A stretch of 63,867 nucleotides of DNA, counting the filler, from Vezdaea acicularis (taxonomy: Eukaryota): NCBI GenBank assembly GCA_026025075.1. It is 4 parts of 4 records of this genome, joined end to end, with 100 filler letters (N's around TTAATTAATTAA, not from the genome) between each part and the next. Parts side by side here need not be neighbours in the genome. Positions count along the whole stretch, not along the records: positions 34,842 to 52,008 come from JAPEUI010000215.1; 3 more parts are not named here. One strand, given 5' to 3'. Of the stretch, positions 38,163 to 50,310 are shown piece after piece (the stretch's first letter is position 1; the number at the start of each line of letters is the position of its first letter). The position numbers and the translations under genes were made by a program. The notes below the pieces were generated by a model that was given only the letters and a program-made list of their open reading frames with translations, was not told the origin of the DNA and made no database searches.

Positions 38163-39723
38163 TCAGAAACCCTCTTCGCCCGCGGCGCAGAGTTTTATCT
38201 CTTGGCCCCATTCGGACTTGAGGACTTGTGAGGCGGTGATGCGGCGCGTGGCGATGGGGTCGAGGATCGAGTAGATGACGTTTCGGCAGCGGGCCTGGGT
38301 CTGAGGTGTTAGCATCATGCGATCTCAAAGTAACGAACGAAAATCAGGAGAAACATACCCTATGCAATGTCTCGATGGGCGCGTAGCCCGCTTCTTCTCG
38401 CCGGCCTTGAAGATACTTCTCGTAGAATTCATCTTCGCTTTTCCTCGCCAAGCGCCAGAGATGTCGGCCGGTTCTCATCGCCATGTAAATGACACCACAG
38501 GCCCAGACATCGACGGCTCTGGGATCAAACTCCTTTTCGGTGTACTCTTCAGGGGCAATGTATGGAGCGGAGCCACACAGGCCTTCGGTCATGTGGGCTT
38601 CCCGCTCCCACGCCATCCGGAAACACTCGCCATTGCCAAAGTCTGTGATCTTGAGAGAGCCATGAGTCGTCAGGAGAAGGTTCTCCGGTTTGAGGTCGCG
38701 GTGTGCTACGCCCATCTCGTGCATGTACTCGACGCCGCGCATGAGCTGCTTGAAGTAGCAGTCCGCCTCGGCGACTTCTAGCTTGCCCGCAGCAAGAACC
38801 AAGGTGTACAGGTCGCCACCCGCACAGAACTCCATCACTTCGCAAAAGTCACCCTTCGCGTCTTGTATCAGATCGAGCGTGTGGATGACGTTCGGATGGC
38901 GGAGCGCGGAGGAGATGCAGAACTCCGATGTGAGACGCTTGTTGTACTTCTTGGGTGCTTCTTGAGGACGACGGCGGAACTCCTTGACGGCATAGAGCTG
39001 CTCCTTCTTTGGGTCGTTCGGATCGATCTTGTGCGAGATCCTCACAACGCCGAACGCGCCACGACCGATGACTTCTTGGCATTTGCCGTATTTCTCAATC
39101 AACGTCGAGGTTGAGTTTGGTCCGTTCTTCTTGTCGGAGGCCAATTTCTCCCTCTCGTTCTTCAGCTGGTCTACCCAGCTCGACATGAGCGTCAATTGCT
39201 GCTCGTCGACCTTCTCCTCCTTCTTCTTGGCTCCCATCATATCGCGGAGCATATCGGAGAGCTTCTCTTGCCGCTTGGTACTCTTCAGATGATGTTCGTG
39301 AGTACCATCCGAATGCATGTCGAATCGTTTGAGGCATGGTTCAGGTGTCCTGCCGACGGCCAAGCTACTCCTCCTGGTCTCGGAGGGCGACTTGCCGTCA
39401 ACATGAGAGCCCCTGCTTGGAGCCATTGATTTTGTTGTGGGTTTCTTCGTTAGACTTGAGTCTGTATCTGAAGCGCTTTGGTCGGAGTGTCGGTCGGTAG
39501 GGGTTTGTTTAATAGTTCCGGATTCGTTCGCGGCCTCCTTGGTTGAGAACATTCGAGTGAGTCGATTGGTAATCGTTCTTTTAGTTGCGGGTCGTGGACT
39601 TGCTGCGCCATTGACCGCGGCTTCGGTGGGGTAAGCGTTCGCGGAATTTGTCGGCTTGAGGTCGGTAGATTTCACAAAGCTTTGCACGCTGTTTGACGGA
39701 GAAATCTGCCCTTCTGAAGACAT
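38163..39723 (-). CDS. SAT4: Ser/Thr kinase of the Hal4/Sat4 ion-homeostasis family, 2 exons
   Basis: KYGKCQEVIGRGAFG, YAVKEFRRRP, RLTSEFCISSALRHPN, HRDLKPEN, DFG and CGSAPYIAPE. Intron 38358-38295. Last exon ARCRNVIYSILDP...AGEEGF*. Confidence 0.93.
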
Positions 39724-42700
39724 TGGAGGTGAGTGGACCAGCGTGTTGCCACGGACAGGAAGGTCCCGAGAGGAATAGAAGGTGGAATTGGGAGACGAAA
39801 GAAGCGTGGCGAAAGCGTCAACTGGGGGCTACGCCCGCTGGTGACTGGCAGTGCTGATCAAAACAGCAAAAAGGGTTGCGCTCCAGGCGGAGGTTGAGCA
39901 GTTAATATGCGAGCGATCCGTCAGGCTCAGGCGTATGAGTGGAGCCGGTACTGTAATCCACAGGGCGATAGCGGGCAGGAATTTTACGGTCGATGACGGC
40001 GGGGCGCGAAATGACAAATGGAACGGAGGGGCAGTTTGGGGGGGGTGGTGTCAGGCTGGACAGGTCGGGAGCAAGCACGCAGCGAAAGGGCACAGGACAG
40101 TGCCTGCTTTACCCGTTACCAAGGGCCGGCCCACTGTGCACCGTCCTGCTCGGAATGTTCTATTGTCTGCGTTGTGCGATCCGCACTCTGTGTACTGCGT
40201 CCTATGTCCTGCCTGCTGTCTGCGTTGGAACGTCAAGTTGTTGAGATCGCGGCGACGGGCACATCTGTGTCTGTGTCTGCGTCTGCGTCTGCTGTATCTC
40301 TGTCCCACCCCGCGATGGCCAGGACGGACGGCGAGGATGTGACGGCAAACGCTGCGTTCTGCAGTCGGCGTTCGTCGTGTCTGTGTGAGGTGGTGACTTG
40401 CGAGCGAGCAGCAGCAGTCGGCCCCCGCGAGCGCCAAGCAAATGGGCACAGCCTCAGCGGCCTCGGAAGGGCTGCGACCCGACGGCACCGACGCCGTCAC
40501 CGTCGCTTTTCTGCTGAACAATGAACAAAGCACACGAACGCAGCGCTGTCAGCACCTTCTGCACTTTCTGGCTCTTTCTCGCCAGGAACCAATACGAACG
40601 GTGCACCGGCCTGCCCGAGCGTGGATGCAGTCGATGCCAGAGCCAGAGTGCGTGAGTGCAAGTACGAGCTCTCTTTTCCGGGACAGTGGCTCCCATTGTA
40701 CGACCGAGCGATTGCGGTATGCAAGCCATCATCGTTTAAGAAGCGCGCCAGACATCGCCATTGACCTCTCACACAACAGCGGACGGTGGGGAGCAAAGCA
40801 AAAATGGCAGAAAGGACAGACACTACCACCACAAGGGCGAGTGGTTCGCAGACGAGGCATGCAATGCACGCAATGCACATAATCTAGGAGGATGCAGCCA
40901 CGTTGGCTCTGCAGCAGTCAGATGTCAAGGCCAACCCTCGGAGCGCTGCTCAACTCTGATATTCGCCATCTTCTGGAGCGGCTTCCCGTGTGGCCATCAG
41001 TTCGACCGGTCCACTCTTCTATTTTGGCGGAGGGAGGAGCCAGAACGGTCTGCACTCCGTATTGCACTTGTCGCCACAACATAGTCCGGTGAGCAACCAG
41101 AAACATTCACTCGGAGGTGAGGACGGTCTATCAGAAACATTCGAACGCTGGTAAGGCCAAGCCACCAGACTTGAGACTCTGGAGATGGGTCCGAGGGTCA
41201 AACAAGCCGAGGACGAGCCAAACACCGGTGCACGCACCGCCTACTGGCCACTCCCCTCCTCCCCCCTCCGTCTCGTCCTGGCTAAGCATCGACGGTGCAC
41301 TGCTGACCCACCGCTCCTCGTCTGGACCATCCATCCCACATTTCACCACTGCCGTTCTTCGTGGCGATGGCCGACGCATGTTTCGCATCAATCCTTCTGC
41401 AGCCTTTCGCCGACTCTGCCCTTTTGCCCTGGATGCGCAAACGTCGATGGCTCTTGCTCATCCTCATGCCTGAAGAACGAGCGACGGTCGAATGAAAGAG
41501 ACGACCGACGCAACGTGCTCCTCGAAGCGTTCCGAGGCCGGCAGTCCGGGCGTGCTGATTGCCTCCGTGCCAATAGGAAGCGCTGGCGATAGCTACTTGC
41601 TTCTTCACCTCGTCTTCTTTTCTTCTGTTCGCCTACCGCCCTCGCATCACGCACGCAGAGTCGATCTCGCGACCAGGACCCCTGAGTCGGGAGGAGATGG
41701 AAAAGGATCGGGCGACGTCTCATCATCGTCCAGTTACTACAGTAGCTCGGACCACGGTCGAGGAATCGCTCTCGATAGCCATGTCGGCCGTCTATCGAAA
41801 CGCGCGCCGGCCCCGATTACGGCATCGTGTGCTGAAACCGAATCGTCCGGGGCGGGGCCACGTGCAGCCTCGGGTTTGAGATTGCGACATCAATCGCCGC
41901 CGTTTCTCCTTTCGTCAAGGACATGGCGAGCGGTGGACGGAGCGGACGCGTCCTCTCGATACAGTAGCAAGAGCCAGAGCCGGAAAGAGCCAGATAGAGC
42001 AGGAGCAACGACCGCAGTTGCGTCGGTCCATGGGCCCGCCACGCCCCTACCAAATCAAGCTTCCTCGGCTATATACGCGAGCCGGCCCCACCAGCTTAGT
42101 CCCGTCGTTGGCGCGGGCGCTCGTGCACACCCTGCTACAGTAGCTGGACCGGCCATCGCGCACCCCGCCGCCGTCCATGCTGCTGGAGTTGCAGTCTTGG
42201 CCGCCGTCTGCGCTTTGTATGAGGGATTTATATGTTTGGCCGCATCCCAGCCCTCTTTCTCCTTCCCTATTATGCTCCTGCCCTCTTTTTCTCTTCTCTG
42301 AGCAAGACCCCACACTTCTTTCCCTCCTGCTTGGCCATTAACGCATCCGGAAAGCACGTCACACACCGGGCTGTCGCGCTGATCGCCCCACTCTCCTCGA
42401 GGAAGCGCATCGCCGGCAGAGCAGCGGATCGGAGATTGCCCTTTTTGCTGAACATCCCTTTGAAACGCTCGCTTGAATGGTAGGGAGGTTATTCGAGGAT
42501 ATATATCATGTCACGGTGACAGTGGCGTGAGAAACTTGCTTACGGAAGCATTGCACAACCGACGAGCCACCACCACCGCGAAGCTCCCCCCCCCTTTTTG
42601 GCCTCTTTTTCCCTCTCCTCCCTTCCCTCCCTCCCCTCTCTTCCCTCCCTTCTCCGACCCCATTTTCCCCCAAAACTCACTCACGAACCCACTCATCCCA

Positions 42701-43163
42701 TCCACGTACCCGCCCCCAACGCCAAGCTCTCCAACGTCCCCCCGTGAGCTCGTTCCCTCTCGCTTGGCCGACGTAGCACTCTTGGCTCCATAGTCCTAAT
42801 CAATTACCCACCTCACCACCCTCCGTGATGGGTGCGGTACACGTACATTGGCGCTCTAGCGCTGTGCGCGCGCGTGATTCTTTGCATCTTTCTTGGTCGT
42901 TTGTCCTCGACTGGCGCGTAACGCGCTTGTGCAAGGGGGAATTGTTGGAGTTGTTGGCGCGTTTACTTCGTGGGACGCACCTAGCTGTCCCTAAGTCCCC
43001 GGTGTTGTTTGCGCTGTGGTGGGGACTGTTTTCTTTGCATCGGAGCGACGGATTCGGGTTAGATTTCGGGATTGGGCTTGTGGAGGAGTTTGAGCGTTGG
43101 GGCCGGATGGTGGGTGAGGGGTGGAGATCGCTTTTCTCTGCTCTCCCCACTCCCGACGCGAGA

Positions 43164-43226
43164 GGGGGGGGGGGGGGGGGGGAGGCGGGGGGGGGGGGGG
43201 GGGGGGGGGGGGGTAAAAGGGGGGGT
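43164..43226. repeat. Internal poly-G tract
   Basis: About 50 nt of nearly pure G (43164-43213) plus a second G run, in the intergenic region downstream of the CaMKK gene. Confidence 0.8.
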
Positions 43227-43418
43227 ATGTTTATATATATGGATACAACTACCTTCTACCGAGAAACCTTGCAGTACGGGATATTCATTCGCGCGGACAG
43301 TTGTGCGTGCGTAGTGCGTACATGTACTGTGAGTTACCACCAACCTCTCTTATGGTCCCCGCCTCCTTTCCCAGCGCTGGTAGAAACGCTAAATGAATCC
43401 CCCGGCCCTCCTAGCAGA

Positions 43419-43448
43419 ACTCCCACTCCCACTCCCACTCCCACTCCA
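43419..43448. repeat. Hexanucleotide microsatellite (ACTCCC)4-5
   Basis: Four perfect ACTCCC units plus ACTCCA. Confidence 0.85.
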
Positions 43449-43501
43449 GGGGGTGTGCAATAGCTAAACCACCCATCATCGCAGTCAACAACAGCATCCC
43501 C

Positions 43502-45999
43502 TTAAGCCTCTCCCTCCCGCGACGCTTCATCCGCCTTCCCACCCCTCACGCCCTGCGCCGCCCCCCCAAATTTCCCCCGGACTTTCCCCCACGCACTAGC
43601 CGCACCTCCCGCTCCTCCCTCCCCCTCCTTCACGTTCTGCTCGGACGCCAAATCCTTCGCAGCGGCATCCACGCGCCTGGTGAGATAGATCGTCGCATTC
43701 CTGGAGCTATTCCGTCTAATGCGCTCGACTTCCTCGTGATACGCCGTTTCGTAGACATTGATATCCGTGGCGGGGGGAGATTCGGAGATGATGTGGTAGA
43801 GCCCCTGGTCTTCCTCGGGGGTATCCTGCTGTGCGTTTTCATCTAGGTTATTTGGGTGATGAGGGTGGGGGGGAGGATAGCTGGCAGACGAGGAGTCTCC
43901 TGAGAAACTCCCCGCGCCGATTCCGAGAACGAGCGGGGCGTCAGCGAGGGGATCGTGGGCTTGGCCGCGCGCGGAGACGGAGCCGGAGTCCTTGCGCGCG
44001 CTCTCGGGAGAGGAAGGGGGGTGCGAGATGGATGATGCGGCGGTGGTGGTGGTGGTGGGAGCGATGCTGGAGGTCTGGCGGGAGCTGCCCTGGCGGCTGA
44101 CAGGAGCGGAGGGACTATCGAGCATATGTGTGTCGTCTGCGATGCGGACTTTCTCGTCTTCGCGGGCAAGCTCGCGGGAGCCGGGGGGGGCATCATTGGC
44201 TGCGGGTGAGGAGGGGGAGGGGGAGGAGGAGCCGGGGGCGGGTAGGGCGTCTTCCATATCGCTCAGGTCCATCTCGCGCGGGATATCTCGATGGAGGCCT
44301 TCGACCGTGAGGGCGCCCTGGACGGGCCGGCGATCAGAGGCGTCGTAGCTGCGGCTTTTACCTGGGCGCATTTTGGGGGGAATGTAGGAGATTGGTGGTT
44401 CGACGACGCGGATCTCGCCGCCGAGGATGGATTCCATGACGTCGGGCCGGCGCTTGGAGACGCTGTGCTTGAACTTCTTGACGGCGCGCATGACGGTTAG
44501 GAGATGCCGGATTGAAGAGGTGATGGCGGTGGACATCTCGTATTCTGTTGGGGGCTCGACGAGGTCGGATGTGTTTTCGGCCGTGGAGAGGAGGGGGTCG
44601 GTGCCGTTTTTGGTGACCCACGGGTGCGACTGAGGAGGGGCTTGTTAGAGCATCTTCTTGGGTTGTGGACAATATCTGGTGCCAAGGGGGGGCGGATTGG
44701 ACTTACGCGGAGTTCGGGCATTTTGATGCGCTTTTCAGGGTCTTTTTCAAGTAATTTATGCAGTAGATCTACAAACTCAGGCTCCGTCTCGTGGTGGAAA
44801 GCAAGATCGTCCGCTTTTATGGATTCATACAGCTCCAGCACGCCAGTCTTCTCGAAAGGGATGCGGCCGAAGCGGAGACAGTACAGCGTCACCCCCATGG
44901 ACCAGATATCGGCGGCCTTGCCGGAGACCTCACCGTGTCTGGCCACGCACAGTTCCGGGGGGAGAAAGGCGGGCGAGCCGGCGGATTTGGCGGTGCGCAT
45001 GTCGGATTCTTTGTCTTTCTGGAACATCTCGCTCACGCCAAAGTCCACGATTTTGAGGACGTCGTCTTGGTCGAGGAGGAGGTTGTCGGGCTTGATGTCG
45101 CGATGCACCACTCCTTGCGCGTGGACTATAGGGGTACTTAGATTCGGGAGGAATACATCAGTACATAATGGGGGAAACTCACGGTATTCAATGCCGAGAA
45201 TCAAATCTCGGAACCAACATCGGCAGCTCTCCACTGGATATGGCTCCGCTTTCTCGTCTACTCCAACCTTCATGATTACCCCTTTCTTGCACATCTCCAG
45301 TACCATATAGAGCGAGTCTTCTTGCGGATCGTCAAGCACCTCTATAAGTGATACCAGGTTGTTGTGGTTAAGCTTCTTCATGATTGCAACCTCTTCCCGA
45401 ATGAGATGCAACGGATTTCCGTCCTCCTCCGCATCATGGATGTCGGATACCGAGCGCCGATGCAGCGGTGAGTTCAGCTCCAGATGCGCTCTAAGGTGGC
45501 GTGGGCCGCCACGTGCGGCGTGAGGCCTTCTGAGGATATTTGATTGTGCGCGCTTTCGCAGCCGCGACTTGGAGAACTCCTTGACCGCGTATTCGGTTCC
45601 ATACTGGTCGCAAGCAAGGTGTACGGCGCCAAACGAACCTCTGCCTATCTCCTGCTTGATGATATATTGGTTTATCCGGTGCTGTCCTACGCCGTCGTCT
45701 TGGCTGTTTGTGTATTCGGAGTGTGCATCGAGCGTCTCCTTCACCCGTTTCGGTGTCGACCGTCCTCGACGGTGATGTCTTAGCGGACTTTGATACGCAG
45801 GATCTGATCTGTTCGCAGGTATAAGTTTTCAGCGGCTACCCCACATCAATGCTCTCGACTGAGGTTAAACTCACAAATGTGTGATCAGGGGAGGTCTATC
45901 ATGTTGCAACGCCGGCACATCGAGGATGACTTCATCTGTAGCGAAGAGGCCTGCAGCACTCTCGGACGAAGGGTTACTGCGCTTGGTAGAGGTCGTCAT
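43502..45999 (-). CDS. Calcium/calmodulin-dependent protein kinase kinase (CaMKK, CmkC-like), about 4 exons
   Basis: VKETLDA...INQYIIKQEIGRGSFGAV, YAVKEFSKSRLRKRAQS with the Arg/Pro-rich insert, HRDIKPDN, DFG, AGSPAFLPPE and a CaM-binding-like VMRAVKKFK. Introns at about 45874-45809, 45183-45126 and 44706-44629. Confidence 0.92.
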
Positions 46000-46295
46000 A
46001 TCTACGTGCAAGAAAACAGGTTCCGAGGGGGGGAAAGCTGCAGGAAGAAGAGAGTTACGCTGAAGCAAGGAAATGGACACGAATAGCGGGTCCAAAACGT
46101 GGGGCCCACTCACTCGGGTTTTGATTGGCTTACCGCGCTCGAAATAAGGCTGTCCTCTCATGTCAGCATGTGAAGGTGCGGGACGGGGTCTTAAGCGAGC
46201 CTTGGCACGCCTTTCCCTTGTGGGTGGTATATCGCCGGCATCCGAAGCCCGTCCGCACACACAGGCCGCATCGCGATTCGTCCATCAGCCGCGCC

Positions 46296-46892
46296 ATGGT
46301 TGTCTATTCATTTTATATCTTCGACAGGCATACCGAATGCATTTACTCCAAGAAATGGTTTCCTACACGCCCTTTGTCAGCCAGCAGTGCCGACCTGCCC
46401 CTGCCCTCACGAAAGCGCACCGCCCTCTCCGCGCAAGATGATGCTAAACTCATCTTTGGCACTGTTTTTTCATTGCGAAACATCACGCGGAAGCTCGGTG
46501 GCCCAGATGACAAGTATGTGTACATGATATATATCCTGCTCAATGGCAGGGCAATTACCAATCTTCCACGTTGTCGCTGACTACAACTAGCTTCATCTCC
46601 TATCGTACCGCGCAATACAAGTTACACTACTACGAGACACCGACCTCTCTCAAGTTCGTCATGTTGACCGATACTCGCCGGGACAATTTAAGGGTGGTAT
46701 TGCACCAAATATGGGCCAATCTTTATGTCGAGTATGTGGTGAAGAACCCGTTGTCGCCGATCGAGCACAAGGGCGGAGAAGGAGTAGCAAACGAGTTGTT
46801 TGAGCTAGGGTTAGAGAGCTTCATTGTAAGTGCACGAAAGTGACATGGAGAACAAGTTTCACTGATCTCGTGAATAGAATTCCGGGTTTTGA
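46296..46892 (+). CDS. BET5: TRAPP complex subunit Bet5/TRAPPC1 (sybindin-like), 3 exons
   Basis: MVVYSFYIFDRHTECIY, DDAKLIFGTVFSLRN, YKLHYYETPT and YVEYVVKNPLSP. Introns at about 46514-46590 and 46826-46877. The last micro-exon end is less certain. Confidence 0.93.
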
Positions 46893-47427
46893 ATGATGCG
46901 CATAGAACGGCGTTACACAAGTCTCAGCGATCTAGCATTCTTTGGAGCCTCTGGCGTACACCAATAGAGAAGCGAATTGAACAAATTCCAATGCGCTCAG
47001 TCATGCTTTGAGCCCCTAGATCTTGCTGCTTTACAGAGGTTTCTGCTTGGAGTGTACTTTGCTAAGTCGTCTTGGGGCTCTCAGCAAGCCAATGAAATTC
47101 TGATGGTGGCGAAAAGGATAAGAGAATATATAGATCTTGAAAAGACTACCAACTTTTATGGATTACCCGCACTTGAAATCAGTCCCACGGTCGAAGTTCA
47201 GCGGACAGTAGTAGGGTAGAATTAGCGCAAAGCACAGCCCGGGCGTCTTAGAAATCAGGGCGCTCAACGCCTGAGTCATCCGGGGCGCGCATTGAATGCC
47301 AGCCCTACAAATCTATCAATACTTCACTTCCTGTGCCTTTCCAATTTTTTCAGTTTCTTTGCATCTTTTCAGTAACACATTGTCTCTAGCTTGATTTCAC
47401 TGCTGATCTCTTCACTGTCGAAAAGTG

Positions 47428-48216
47428 ATGTCGCAGGCAGCAGTGTCCGTGCAGGTCCCAGACGCCACACCCGTTGCCGATCCCTCGGCTAGAGTTGCGA
47501 CCTCAAACCCTTCCAATCCAGAATTTTCATCACCGTCACCGAAACCTCTGACGAGACATCAACGCCGGCGCCTTGCTCAGCTTGCAGAGCATGCCTCATC
47601 TCCCCCCTCTCTCTTCACCTATTCAGAAATGCTCTTCTCATCCACAACCCGGCCGCTCCTCATTGCGTCCCTCGGAAACCCAGAGCCCTATCTAAATACT
47701 CTACATTCGGCCGGCCACGCTCTTATATCTGCCCTCCGCTCAGAACTATCCTACCCCCCCTTCTCAAGGGCTCACACTTTCGGAGGGAAGGGCAAGATCT
47801 CGAATGCTTTTCCGTCGTCTAGCGCGCCATGGACGCTCTTCCAGTCCTCGTCACTGATGAATGTATCAGGGCCGGGCGTTGCAGCAGCATATAAAGCCTG
47901 GTTTCGGGGCCTCGAGGCCGAAAGGTGGGAGAAGAACGGGTTGCTAGTATTATTACACGACGAGTTGGAAGCGCCGCTAGGGAAACTAAAGCCCAAGAGG
48001 GAGGGCAGCGCGAGGGGACATAATGGGATTAAGAGTGTGCTAGGCGCGGTTCCACAAGGGACTGAGGTCGTGAGAATAGGAGTCGGGATAGGACGACCGG
48101 AGAGTAGGGATAAAGAAGTAGTGTCTGAGTATGTCCTACGGAAGATGAGCGCACATGAGAAATCTAAAATCACGGAATCGGTTCCAGAGCTGTTACAGAT
48201 CCTGAAGAGGTTATAA
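47428..48216 (+). CDS. PTH1: Peptidyl-tRNA hydrolase (bacterial-type Pth1, probably mitochondrial)
   Basis: LLIASLGNP...NTLHSAGH, MNVSG, LLHDELE, SARGHNGIKS and RIGVGIGRP. Alternative start at 47629. Confidence 0.9.
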   Translation: MSQAAVSVQVPDATPVADPSARVATSNPSNPEFSSPSPKPLTRHQRRRLAQLAEHASSPPSLFTYSEMLFSSTTRPLLIASLGNPEPYLNTLHSAGHALISALRSELSYPPFSRAHTFGGKGKISNAFPSSSAPWTLFQSSSLMNVSGPGVAAAYKAWFRGLEAERWEKNGLLVLLHDELEAPLGKLKPKREGSARGHNGIKSVLGAVPQGTEVVRIGVGIGRPESRDKEVVSEYVLRKMSAHEKSKITESVPELLQILKRL

Positions 48217-48292
48217 GATTGGGGAATTCGGGTCTAAGGTTCGGTCTTTTGCAGCAGGGACGAAACCAAAGAATCACGGAGCGCAATAACGT

Positions 48293-49310
48293 TCAAACAT
48301 ATTCCTGAATCGATTCTCGGGCTAGCAAGGACAGAGCGCGAAGATTGCAGATTGAAGTATCCCGCCATATTGATCTATGGGGGGATACCTTGTCTGGATC
48401 TCGAGCGTCCATTATACAAAAGTCGATTCGCCTAGCCTTCAGCATGAAAAGTTGGCAAAAGCGGATCAAGACCGGCTGCGCAGATTCCATGGTGACCTTA
48501 AAAGCGGCAAAACGAATCAATAGTTGTTGTGGTCAACAGCTTTGCGGTCACATGCTTCCATGACTCACTATGCAGATCTTTCAAGAGGAATTCCGATGCT
48601 AGTTCTCTGAAAATTGTCGGGGTGAACAAGCGAAGCTCACGCTCCAGTTGGTCGAGGAATCTGAGTTGCATCACTCCGAGGTCTAGTGCCTGACAAAGTA
48701 CGTACAAGTAGGAGGCAGAAATTAGTGAGAGTAATTCAGCCGCCGAGTGAGTATATTGGGCTGAAACCAAGGCCAGTGAGTTGATGGCCTGGTTGGACAT
48801 CTCTGCCGATTGCACATGGCTTCCTACTGGGTTGGCAAGAAAAGCACACTCGGACATATAGGAGGCCATATTGATGTCAACACCTTTCATCGTATATGAC
48901 AGGCTCAGCTCGTCGGCAGCAAGGTTGGGAGGAAGCCCATTGTTAAGAGAGGCGTTGGTCAGCTCGGTGCAATGAGCGAAAACTATGTTGCCCACAAGCT
49001 GCATTGTCAATCTAGTCTTTTCCATGGCTGAAGTAACCGACATTGCTTGAAAATTTCCTCCATGGTGGACAATTTTACCAGCAACGTCGAGTATCGGATT
49101 GTCGGTAGTAGAATTTAATTCGACAATGATCTGCTTGTGAGCGAGCATCAAGTCCTCCAGCTGCGGCCCCATCCATTGAGACGACGTGCGCAAAGCATAT
49201 CGATCCTGGGAGAGGCCCCCATTGTCCCCCAGAAATATTTTATCGAGGCTGACCAATAATCTGGAATTTTCGCCACTAAGAGGAATATGCAAATGAAGTT
49301 GACCTGCTCT
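48293..49310 (-). pseudogene. Phenylalanine/aromatic amino acid ammonia-lyase (PAL) fragment, 5'-truncated and frameshifted
   Basis: QDRYALRTSSQWMGPQLEDL, ELNSTTDNP, HHGGNFQA, NNGLPPNL, KGVDINMASY, SAEMSNQAINSLAL and LCQALDL are PAL motifs. The N-terminal half with the MIO-forming ASG is absent. The frame stops at 48498, and PAL-like sequence (KVTMESAQPVLIRF) appears to continue in another frame. Boundaries approximate. Confidence 0.85.
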
Positions 49311-49388
49311 AAGAACAGACAAGTAATGGTATTGCTTCTTCTTCATCTACAAATTAGATAGCTCGGACTTGTTTCCATAGAGTAACAC

Positions 49389-49660
49389 CGAAGCGGTGGA
49401 CAAAATTCATGACGCATAAGCGATTAGTGGGCATGTTTATCTATTGACATGCGTTACTTTCAGCAGTTCCGATACCGGTGGCAATCAGTGACGAACATTA
49501 TTAGTATTAGCTCAATAGTACTGCTCCTTGCTCTTGCTGGATTATTATACTCGGGGTTATATATGCGGCCTGGCAGGGCCGTTTTGTGCTTTCGAGGGTG
49601 AAGCTTTTAGGTATGGGGGGACCCCCGTTTAATGCGCCATCAATTTTGTCCACCGCTTCG
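49389..49660. mobile_element. MITE-like non-autonomous DNA element, 272 bp
   Basis: Perfect 19-bp terminal inverted repeat CGAAGCGGTGGACAAAATT (49389-49407 / 49642-49660), extending imperfectly to about 35 bp, flanked on both sides by CAC (49386-49388, 49661-49663). No internal ORF. Confidence 0.8.
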
Positions 49661-50310
49661 CACCAAGCTTAGACAAATGGCTCGCACAGAGTCCAATTTG
49701 AGGGGTTCATTCGATTGGTCACGAGTCGATGAGCTCATACCAAGAGAGATCAGATTTATTCCGTTATTCGTTTTACCATAAGATTTTACATAACACGAGA
49801 AGTGCGCGTCGCTGTACTTCGCCGCCAAAGGTAACAACAAATCAACAAATCGGCAAGAGGAAAGTGTTAAAAAGCCCCCCAATAAGCTTGGAGAAGCTTA
49901 CGACGGATTATGTGAGAATTAAGGTGGCTAATCAAAGGTACCAAAATCGATGCGTTCTTGCCTCGAAGGAGGGGTAATGATGAGGGAATAAGCAGCACAC
50001 GGTAAAAGAAGGAGAGATCTGCGCCTTCCCGAGGAAAAGAACAAGGATTGAAGCGAAGTCTACGCCAAGAAAAAGACTTGAAAATATAATGGATTATGAT
50101 TGGTTGACAAATCTGACTTGAAGACTGATATACAGGGGTCGCTAGGCGGGACCCGATTGGTAGATCGGGACATCCATTCGTCACCACAACTACGTAGCGA
50201 AGCTGGGGTAGCTTCGGGACAAGTTGCTGATATAAAGCTTCATGAACAATAGACCCACTATGACTACTCTTCTTAGTTAAGCTGTAGTACAATCCGCACA
50301 GGCTTCTTCA

